From Gloeobacterales cyanobacterium (GTDB lineage Bacteria; Cyanobacteriota; Cyanobacteriia; Gloeobacterales; PMM-0068), in the NCBI GenBank assembly GCA_038245785.1, contig JBBRSB010000005.1, positions 97,128-161,127 on the forward strand: a stretch of 64,000 bases of DNA, in the 5' to 3' direction. Every line of letters starts with the position of its first letter. Within the stretch, counting starts at the first letter, position 1. The notes below the pieces were generated by a model. The model had not been told where the DNA came from. It ran no database searches and saw only the letters and a program-made list of their open reading frames with translations. Made by a program: the position numbers and the translations under genes. Positions 11,005-19,043 of the stretch are shown here, one piece after another.

Positions 11005-12638
11005 ATATAACAATTCAACTCTCCTGCCCATTGAGTGAAAAGCATATTTTCTCGGTAGTCTACAGGACAATCAATAATCGTAGGAACAGATTGCTCCAGA
11101 GCTGTTTTTAGGGTGGGGATAAATTCATCTACAGCATTAATACGATAACCGATAAGGCTCATACTTTCCGCTAGCTTGACAAAATCAGGATTGTTAAATT
11201 GGACGAAAGCTGATTGATTAAACTTGATATTTTGTTTCCATTCAATCAGTCCATAACCACCATCATTGAAAATGATAGTGACAAAAGGAGTTCCTACCCG
11301 TGTTGCTGTTTCCAACTCCTGCATATTCATCATAAATCCTCCATCTCCAGTCACTGCAACAACTTTGCGATTGGGATGAACTATTTTGGCTGCTACTGCT
11401 CCAGGGATTGCTATCCCCATGGCCGCAAAACCATTAGAAATCAAGCAGGTATTGGGATAGTCACAATGGTAGTGACGAGCCATCCACATCTTATGCGCAC
11501 CCACATCGCTAATCACAATATCTTTTCGTCCCATCACACTGCGCAGGTCATAGATAAGCTTTTGAGGTTTAATGGGGAACTCTTGATCATTGGCATAGCG
11601 TTCGTAATCTTCTCGAATGGCCTCACGCAATCCTAAGGCATAAGGGTCTTTCTTCTCTTTGCGATTTGCCTGCAGAAGAATCTGAACTAGAGCAGTAGAA
11701 ATGTCACCTAGCACTTCTACTTCTGGAATATAACTGCTATCCACTTCTGCTGCTAATTCAGCAATGTGAATAATCGGAATGTTGCCTTCAGGATTCCATT
11801 TTTTGGGAGAATACTCTACTAAGTCATAGCCAATGGCAATCACTAAATCGGCACGATCAAAACCACAATTAATGTAATCTCTCTGTTGTAATCCTACAGC
11901 CCATAAAGCGAGGGGATGTTTATAGGGAATGACCCCTTTTCCCATGAAGGTATTTGCTACAGGGATATTTAACTCTGTCGCAAACTGGGTCAAGGCATTA
12001 CTGGCACGAGCACGAATCACTCCGTTGCCCACTAAGATCAATGGATTTTCTGCACGGGAAATGGCCTCTGCTGCTTGATGGATACTGATAGGAGAAGAGT
12101 CCGTCATACTATTAGGTTTTAAGAGAATGGGATGCCCTTTAGCCTCTATGGCCGCAATATCCTCTGGCAGGTCAATGTGTACGGCTCCTGATTTTTCAGA
12201 TTGAGCTACCTGAAAGGCTTTGCGAACAATTTCCGGGGTGTTTGCTGGGCGAACAATTTGCGTACTCCACTTGGTTACGGGGGTAAACATTGCAACCAAG
12301 TCTAAATACTGATGAGAACCTGTATACATTCGGTCTGTGCCCACTTGTCCGGTAATCGCTACTAAAGGAGCGCAGTCCAAATTGGCATCTGCTACGCCGG
12401 TCATTAAATTGGTAGCGCCTGGTCCCAAAGTGGATAAACATACTCCAGCTTTCCCAGTCAAGCGACCGTATACATCTGCCATAAAGGCAGCACCTTGCTC
12501 ATGGCGGGTGGTAATAAATTGAATCGAAGAATTTCTAATCGCTTCCAATAGTTGAATATTTTCTTCGCCCGGAAGACCAAAGATATATTGGACCCCTTCA
12601 TTCTCTAGGCATTGCACGAGTAATTCAGCTGTATTCAT
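11001..12638 (-). CDS. TPP-dependent acetolactate-synthase-like enzyme, probably cyanobacterial 2-oxoglutarate decarboxylase (OgdA)
   Basis: FGLPGEEN, RHEQGAAFMAD, GDGGFMMN TPP motif; translationally coupled behind a succinate-semialdehyde dehydrogenase. Confidence 0.8.
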   Translation of the reverse strand: MNTAELLVQCLENEGVQYIFGLPGEENIQLLEAIRNSSIQFITTRHEQGAAFMADVYGRLTGKAGVCLSTLGPGATNLMTGVADANLDCAPLVAITGQVGTDRMYTGSHQYLDLVAMFTPVTKWSTQIVRPANTPEIVRKAFQVAQSEKSGAVHIDLPEDIAAIEAKGHPILLKPNSMTDSSPISIHQAAEAISRAENPLILVGNGVIRARASNALTQFATELNIPVANTFMGKGVIPYKHPLALWAVGLQQRDYINCGFDRADLVIAIGYDLVEYSPKKWNPEGNIPIIHIAELAAEVDSSYIPEVEVLGDISTALVQILLQANRKEKKDPYALGLREAIREDYERYANDQEFPIKPQKLIYDLRSVMGRKDIVISDVGAHKMWMARHYHCDYPNTCLISNGFAAMGIAIPGAVAAKIVHPNRKVVAVTGDGGFMMNMQELETATRVGTPFVTIIFNDGGYGLIEWKQNIKFNQSAFVQFNNPDFVKLAESMSLIGYRINAVDEFIPTLKTALEQSVPTIIDCPVDYRENMLFTQWAGELNCYI

Positions 12639-13999
12639 TGCACCCACACCGTTTTAATGTTTACGAATTCGTGTATTCCTTGAATGCTTAGTTCTCTGCC
12701 ATATCCAGAATTTTTAGTTCCCCCAAACGGCAGTCTAGGATCTGATTTGACCATGCCATTAATAAATACGGAGCCTGACTGTAAGCCCTTGATCAGTAGC
12801 TGCTGCTCTTTCTGGTCTTGGGTCCAGGCGCTAGAGCCTAATCCGAAAGCAGTGTCATTGGCCAATTGAATAGCTTCCTGTACGTTTTTAACTCGAAATA
12901 AACTGGCTACAGGACCAAAGAACTCTTCTGCATAAGCAGGGCTATCTTTTGGGATGTTCGTTAAAATAGTGGCCTCAAAGTAGTTGCCAGGCAAGGTGGT
13001 AATACGATGTCCGCCGGTTAATAGAGCAGCTCCTTTCTGAAGGCTTTCTTGAATTTGTTTTTCTAAATCATCTAAGATTTGAGGAGTAGCTAAAGGACCT
13101 AAATCAGTAGTAGGATCCATTGGATCTCCGACCTTTAATTCCTGGAATTTTGCAACAAAGGCGCGCTCGAATTGGTCAGCAATATTTTCTGTCACAATAA
13201 ACCGCTTAGCAGCAATACACGATTGACCATTGTTGAGCATTCTGGCTTTAACGGCCGTGCTGACAGCCTGCCCTATGTCGGCACTGTCCAAAACGATAAA
13301 CGGATCGCTTCCACCAAGTTCTAGGACTGTCTTTTTCAGATGCTGTCCTGCTTGCGCTGCCACTCCCCGACCCGCAGGCTCACTACCGGTCAAGGTGACA
13401 GCCTTCACTCTAGGGTCTGAGATTAGGCTAGAGACTCGCTCTGCTTGAATCAGTAAGGTCTGAAACGCACCTGGCATAAAGCCTGCTTGAACGAATACTT
13501 CTTCAATCGCAAGGGCACATTGAGGCACATTAGAAGCATGTTTTAGTAATCCAACATTCCCGGTCATCAAAGCGGGTGCAGCAAAGCGGAAAACTTGCCA
13601 GTAGGGAAAGTTCCAAGGCATGACCGCAAGAACAATGCCTAGGGGTTCAAAGCGGACCCAGCTGCGAGTTGCATCTGTCGGCACCACACTATTTGCCAAG
13701 AACTGAGCACCATGATCTGCGTAGTAGCGACAGACGGCAGCACACTTTTCAACTTCTGCGATGGCGGCAGTATAGGTCTTGCCCATCTCCAGCGTCGCCA
13801 GAGCAGCTAGGCGTTCACAGTCTTTTTCTAAAATGATAGCGGCCTGATGTAGCCCCGTAGCCCGCTCTTCTAGAGAATGTTGGTGCTCTGTAAAAGTTCT
13901 CTGGGCTAGCTCAAGTTTTATTTCAACTTCAGCGTCTGTCAGGGCATCAAAGATCCGGACTGTCTTACCCGTAGCGGGATTAATGGTGGCAATAACCAT
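12635..13999 (-). CDS. gabD: NAD(P)-dependent succinate-semialdehyde dehydrogenase
   Basis: MPWNFPYWQVFRF, LELGGSDP, NNGQSCIAAKR, EEFFGP, PFGGTKNSGYGREL. Confidence 0.88.
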   Translation of the reverse strand: MVIATINPATGKTVRIFDALTDAEVEIKLELAQRTFTEHQHSLEERATGLHQAAIILEKDCERLAALATLEMGKTYTAAIAEVEKCAAVCRYYADHGAQFLANSVVPTDATRSWVRFEPLGIVLAVMPWNFPYWQVFRFAAPALMTGNVGLLKHASNVPQCALAIEEVFVQAGFMPGAFQTLLIQAERVSSLISDPRVKAVTLTGSEPAGRGVAAQAGQHLKKTVLELGGSDPFIVLDSADIGQAVSTAVKARMLNNGQSCIAAKRFIVTENIADQFERAFVAKFQELKVGDPMDPTTDLGPLATPQILDDLEKQIQESLQKGAALLTGGHRITTLPGNYFEATILTNIPKDSPAYAEEFFGPVASLFRVKNVQEAIQLANDTAFGLGSSAWTQDQKEQQLLIKGLQSGSVFINGMVKSDPRLPFGGTKNSGYGRELSIQGIHEFVNIKTVWVQ

Positions 14000-14130
14000 T
14001 TTTCTTCTTAGCGCTGTGGGTTCAGGTTTAACACATTCTGTCTCAGACTGGAAAGCAAATAACCTTTATTAACTCAATCAAAAAGCCCTTTCTCCTGTGC
14101 TTCAAGAGAAAGGATTTAGTAACTTATTGT

Positions 14131-14823
14131 TTACTCAGCCGCTTGAGCAGCAGGGCGTTTGCTGTGGCGAATGCCATCGATCGCTTTTGCATAGTCTGAA
14201 GTGTTGAATACAGCAGAACCCGCCACAATCGCATTTGCTCCGGCTTCTAGAACTTGCCAGGTGTTTTCACCTTTGAGTCCTCCATCCACTTCAATCCAAG
14301 GATCGAGCCCGCGCTCATCGCACATAGCCCGTAGCTTACGGATTTTAGGTATCACGTCAGGAATGAAGCTTTGACCGCCAAATCCAGGGTTGACGGACAT
14401 GATCAAGATCAAGTCGCACAGGGGTAGGACGTACTCAATAAATTCTAAGGGTGTGCCCGGATTGAGTGATACGCCTGCGAGTTTACCCAACTCGCGGATC
14501 TGTCCGAGATTGCGATGCAGATGAGGACAGGCATTGTGCTCTGCGTGCACGGTGATGATATCCGCGCCTGCTTTGGCAAAATCTTCCACGTAACGCTCTG
14601 GTTCGACAATCATCAGATGGACATCTAACGGCTTTTTCGTCACTGGACGAATGGCCTTGACGATTAAAGGACCAATAGTGATGTTCGGTACAAACCGTCC
14701 ATCCATCACGTCCACATGAATCCAATCGGCCCCTGCTGCATCTACTGCTCTGATGTCATCGCCAAGACGACTAAAATCTGCAGACAAAATAGATGGCGAA
14801 ATTACTACTGGTTTTGTGCTCAT
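14131..14823 (-). CDS. rpe: Ribulose-phosphate 3-epimerase
   Basis: [36 protein letters not shown]. Confidence 0.97.
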   Translation of the reverse strand: MSTKPVVISPSILSADFSRLGDDIRAVDAAGADWIHVDVMDGRFVPNITIGPLIVKAIRPVTKKPLDVHLMIVEPERYVEDFAKAGADIITVHAEHNACPHLHRNLGQIRELGKLAGVSLNPGTPLEFIEYVLPLCDLILIMSVNPGFGGQSFIPDVIPKIRKLRAMCDERGLDPWIEVDGGLKGENTWQVLEAGANAIVAGSAVFNTSDYAKAIDGIRHSKRPAAQAAE

Positions 14824-14950
14824 TGATCCCCCGCTTCCTGGTCCTCAACTAAGACGAGTGTAAAAGCTTTTCTGACATAAACACAAGCACCAGATTCTAT
14901 CTCGGAGAACAATGGCAGTAGGATATAGGGTGAATTATGCAATAACCACT

Positions 14951-16099
14951 ATGCAACGACGAATTTGGATAACCTTAGCTTGCTCACTCTGTCTGACCCT
15001 CGCGGCTTGCGGAGGGGACACCTCCACGGGAGGGACAGGCACCTCAGCGGGTGGGGGCGGCAAAATATACATTGGAGTAGCGACTCCCCTATCTGGAGCC
15101 CAATCCGTATTTGGTGAAGACCAATTGAACGCCGCTAAACTCGCGGTACAACAGGCGAATGAGAAGGGGGGCATCAAAGGCAGACAAGTCGAAATTGTGG
15201 AAGGAGATGATCAGGCAGACCCGAAACAGGCAGCCATTGTTGCCCAGAAACTAGTGAGTACCGATGGGCTGTTAGGAGTTGTCGGGCATTTCAATTCTGG
15301 ATCTTCTATTCCTGCTTCGGCTACTTATAATCGTGCTGATTTGACCATGATTTCCCCTGGTAGCACCAATCCCAAATTGACCGATCAAGGATTCAAAAAC
15401 GTCTTTCGGGTAGTTGGTCGGGATGATCAGCAGGGCGAGATTATTGGTAAATATGCTGTAGATAATTTGAAGGCTAAGGTGATTGCCGTTCTTCATGATA
15501 AAACTGCCTATGGTCAGGGACTAGCCGAATTTTTCAGAAAAACCGTGGAAGCCGGTGGAGCAAAAGTTGTCTACTTCCAAGGAGTTACCCAAGGAGATAA
15601 AGACTTTAGAGCGGTATTGACTAAGGTTAAAGGACTGAATCCTGATGCAATCTTCTTTGGCGGCGTGTTTACAGAGTCAGGTCTGATTGCTTCCCAAGCC
15701 CGACAGGTCGGCATCACCGCTAGCTTCCTCAGCGGAGATGGTTCTAAGGAAGAGAGCTTTATAAAAACCTTGGGGACTGATACGAGCAAGGTCTACATCA
15801 GCAGCGTTGCTCAGGTAAATAGTAAGGACTTCAGAGACCTGTACGAAAAGACCTATAAGCGTGCCCCTGGTCCCTATGCTCCTTATGCCTATGATGCAGC
15901 GCGGGTTCTTTTAAAGAGCATTGCTGAGGCTCCGGGAGATGCGCTCCCAGACCGTAAAACCGTAATGGAAAACGTAGCCAAGACCAAAGACTTTGCGGGC
16001 TTAGGCGGTCCGATCAACTTTGATAGCAAAGGCGATCCGGTGAAAGCTCCTTTCCAAATTTTCGTCATCAAGAATGGTGCATTTGTTCCAACATCTTAG
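14951..16099 (+). CDS. Branched-chain amino acid ABC substrate-binding lipoprotein (LivJ/LivK family)
   Basis: Lipobox LAAC, GDDQADPKQA, GHFNSG, FRVVGRDDQQG, HDKTAYGQGLA. Confidence 0.88.
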   Translation: MQRRIWITLACSLCLTLAACGGDTSTGGTGTSAGGGGKIYIGVATPLSGAQSVFGEDQLNAAKLAVQQANEKGGIKGRQVEIVEGDDQADPKQAAIVAQKLVSTDGLLGVVGHFNSGSSIPASATYNRADLTMISPGSTNPKLTDQGFKNVFRVVGRDDQQGEIIGKYAVDNLKAKVIAVLHDKTAYGQGLAEFFRKTVEAGGAKVVYFQGVTQGDKDFRAVLTKVKGLNPDAIFFGGVFTESGLIASQARQVGITASFLSGDGSKEESFIKTLGTDTSKVYISSVAQVNSKDFRDLYEKTYKRAPGPYAPYAYDAARVLLKSIAEAPGDALPDRKTVMENVAKTKDFAGLGGPINFDSKGDPVKAPFQIFVIKNGAFVPTS

Positions 16100-16101
16100 C
16101 T

Positions 16102-16833
16102 ATGACAGATTCCCTGGTCGTTATTCCTGATATTCATGGTCGGTTAGATAAATTACAGAATCTATCAGGCACCCTTTGGCTCTTGGGCTATGGTGAGCGC
16201 CCCTGGGTATTTCTGGGAGATTATATAGACCGAGGGCCCGATAGTTTGGGGGTTCTGGACTATTTGATGGCTCTGCGCAAAGAACATGTCCATTGGATCT
16301 TTCTGAGGGGAAATCATGAGCAGATGATGCTGGACTATCTGGCGTTAGGCAGCCTCCAATGGTTTCATGATGCTAACGGAGGCCGCCAGACCGTGGATTC
16401 CTACGAGCGTTTTTATAGCCGTGAATTTAAAAAGAGAGATGATTTTCTAAAGACGGTAGACAGCCACAAACATCTAGAATTTCTGCTCAATACTAAGCTC
16501 TATCACCAAACAGAAGACTATTTCTTTAGTCATGCTCCGATTCCAAAGGAGCAGTATCGCTCTCCAGAATTGGTGTCTTCCCCAGGACATGTGTTTCCGG
16601 CCAAGCTTTGCTACTGGTCCTATCCCGGTTCTACCGATGAAGCTGAATATGCCTTGGAGCATCCCGATCGGTTTGCCGTCTGTGGGCATGTCCACCAGCT
16701 CAATCAGGGAAAAGCAACAGCACGCCTCTATGACCATATCTGTTATCTAGATGCAGGATGCGGCTGCCATCCTGAAGCTCCTCTCGCAGCGCTGATTCTG
16801 CCTGAAAAGAAAATAGTTTATTCCTCAGTATAA
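16102..16833 (+). CDS. PPP-family metallophosphoesterase (Ser/Thr phosphatase-like)
   Basis: DIHG, GDYIDRG, GNHE, GH motifs. Confidence 0.88.
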   Translation: MTDSLVVIPDIHGRLDKLQNLSGTLWLLGYGERPWVFLGDYIDRGPDSLGVLDYLMALRKEHVHWIFLRGNHEQMMLDYLALGSLQWFHDANGGRQTVDSYERFYSREFKKRDDFLKTVDSHKHLEFLLNTKLYHQTEDYFFSHAPIPKEQYRSPELVSSPGHVFPAKLCYWSYPGSTDEAEYALEHPDRFAVCGHVHQLNQGKATARLYDHICYLDAGCGCHPEAPLAALILPEKKIVYSSV

Positions 16834-16838
16834 TTTTA

Positions 16839-16880
16839 AATCTCCCCTCTCCTGAGGGAGAGGGGATTAAGGGGTGAGAG
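16839..16880. repeat. GC-rich REP-like palindrome between convergent genes, overlapping a stop codon
   Basis: CCCCTCTCC-TGAG-GGAGAGGGG followed by ATTAAGGGGTGAG. Confidence 0.55.
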
Positions 16881-18036
16881 CCAACTTATAAATCTGTTCC
16901 GCTATTCTCTGGCTTGCTCCAGAAATTCCCATACGTTCTAAGCCGTTTTCCTTGAATAGGGCCAGCTTCTCCGCATTTTCTAAGGTTGTCCAAAGCTTGT
17001 GTTTTAGTTCCTCTGGATTGTGGCAAAGGAATACCGAGGGGCCTAGGAGTCGGGTTTGAGCTTCTGCGAAGGTATAAGTGAACTGAGGACCTTCTCCTGC
17101 AAAGCTGAAGACAGGTTTCCCCATGCCTACACATTGTTCTGTTGCTGTCCCCGCCATCGCTATAGCAAAATCTGCCCGCTGGAGGGCATCAGCAAAAAGC
17201 CCCCGGACTAGATGAACCACTAAATTTCCTTGTGCCAAATAGCCGCCCGTTGCCATTGGGGTAAATCGCCAACCCAACTGAGCCAGTTCCCTATCTTCTA
17301 GGGCTCCGGCCAAAGCACAAAGGTATTGCAATGCAGAGGGTGTCTGTCCCCCAAGCTGTGTCAACTGGCTTAGAAGGAGCTGTAAATTGCGGTAGGCTTC
17401 AGGAGGGCGGGAGCCCGGTAAGATAAGGCCGACTCGACTGTGTTGGAAAATGCCTAGGCTTTCGAAATTAAAGCCTTTGGGTTCCAAGCCATCCATCATT
17501 GGATTGCCCAGATAGTAAGCCCGCTCTATCTTTTTCGCTCTGAGATTGTCAGTAGTGATTTGGTCGCGGATAAAGGCGGCTCGACATTGTCTAGAATTCA
17601 TCAGCCAGCGGTCCCAAGGATCGAAAACGGTAGGTTTACCGCCGAGATAATAATCGGACTTAGCCGTCGCTACAAAGGCATAGGGCAATCCCGAAGTCCA
17701 CGCAAAAAGTAGGACGACAATATCTCCTACTGCCAAAATAAAATCCCCTGTTTTCTTCCATGCCTTAATCGTCTGCCACTGCTGGACCGTCAATTCCCCT
17801 AAGCCCTCTTGCATATCTTTAAGGAGCTGTTTGCTGTCCATGTAGACAAAGCCCCCAGAGGGGAGAACTTTGGCAGGGCCAATAACGGGGATTCCTAGTT
17901 TTTTATAGGCTTCCCCCAAACCGACAATGGGTAGGGCAGAAAGAGTGATTGGATAGTGATGCAGCTGTTCCAAGATGCGCACGGCTACTTGGTCCTCACC
18001 GTGACCATTACTAATACAAAGGACTTTGGTCTGCAT
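16867..18036 (-). CDS. Lipid-A-disaccharide synthase-related protein (cyanobacterial family)
   Basis: ISNGHGED, LPSGGF, GNPMMDGL, LPGSRPPEA, MAGTATEQ, FAEAQTRLLG. Confidence 0.85.
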   Translation of the reverse strand: MQTKVLCISNGHGEDQVAVRILEQLHHYPITLSALPIVGLGEAYKKLGIPVIGPAKVLPSGGFVYMDSKQLLKDMQEGLGELTVQQWQTIKAWKKTGDFILAVGDIVVLLFAWTSGLPYAFVATAKSDYYLGGKPTVFDPWDRWLMNSRQCRAAFIRDQITTDNLRAKKIERAYYLGNPMMDGLEPKGFNFESLGIFQHSRVGLILPGSRPPEAYRNLQLLLSQLTQLGGQTPSALQYLCALAGALEDRELAQLGWRFTPMATGGYLAQGNLVVHLVRGLFADALQRADFAIAMAGTATEQCVGMGKPVFSFAGEGPQFTYTFAEAQTRLLGPSVFLCHNPEELKHKLWTTLENAEKLALFKENGLERMGISGASQRIAEQIYKLALTP

Positions 18037-18054
18037 CGGGATATTTTAGAACCT

Positions 18055-18693
18055 ATGCGCTACTTTTATCTGCACGGTTTTGCTTCAGGTCCGGGAACTC
18101 AGAAAGGTCAGTACTACCGCACTCGGTTTGCGGAGCTTGGCTTTCCTCTGATTTTGCCAGACCTCAATGATGGCGGCTTCGAACATCTCACGTTTACCCG
18201 GCAACTTGCCGTTATTCAGCGGTCCTTCGGCGATAGCCCAGAGCCTGTGGTGCTCTTGGGGTCTAGCCTAGGTGCTGTATTAGCTGTGTTAACAGCTATC
18301 CAGGATGAGCGTATCCAAAAACTTGTGCTGCTGGCTCCAGCCTTTCAGTTTTTTTCCTGCTGGTCGGCTATTGCTCCTGCAGACTTTATACAAGCCTGGC
18401 AGGAAATGGGGTACACCGAGGTATTTCATCATGGATATCGGAAGAACTGTCGTTTGCACTACGGTATTCTGGCGGATGCGGCTCAGTATGACGAGGAGCA
18501 GCTAGTCCGCCCAATTCCAACCCTCATTTTTCACGGCACAAGGGATGATGTTGTACCGCCCGCTGTCAGTGAAAACTTCTGTGAAACCAGACCGTGGGTT
18601 GAGTTAGTTCTTCTAAATAGTGACCATCAGTTAACGGATGTACTAGAGGTGCTCTGGCAAAAAACACTGACCTTTCTACAGCCATCCCTGTAA
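18055..18693 (+). CDS. YqiA/YcfP-like alpha/beta esterase
   Basis: YLHGFASGP, GSSLG nucleophile elbow, HGTRDDVVP, SDH. Start ATG 18055. Confidence 0.87.
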   Translation: MRYFYLHGFASGPGTQKGQYYRTRFAELGFPLILPDLNDGGFEHLTFTRQLAVIQRSFGDSPEPVVLLGSSLGAVLAVLTAIQDERIQKLVLLAPAFQFFSCWSAIAPADFIQAWQEMGYTEVFHHGYRKNCRLHYGILADAAQYDEEQLVRPIPTLIFHGTRDDVVPPAVSENFCETRPWVELVLLNSDHQLTDVLEVLWQKTLTFLQPSL

Positions 18694-19043
18694 CTTTTAG
18701 CTTTGGAGCACCAGGGAGGTCTCTTATTAAAGATTTGAAGAAGGATGTATGAACTTTGCGTTAACTGTGCCCGCTCTCCTGCCCCCATGAAAGCCTAAAA
18801 AAATAGCATGACAACACTTCTCCAGGCATGAGTTCTAGGATTTGCATCTGATTGGGCAAAGTGCTTTAGAAAATAACTACGAGTTTCTACACTCTCGTTT
18901 AGGATTTTGTTACTAATTGTAAGTAAATACACATAGTGACATCTTTCTTAAAGTGTATATATTAATAAAGTGCTATCCAAATGAGACTTAATAAAGTTTT
19001 AGGTAGCTGCAAGTAAATTTACGGATGACAGCCAAACAGCTTC

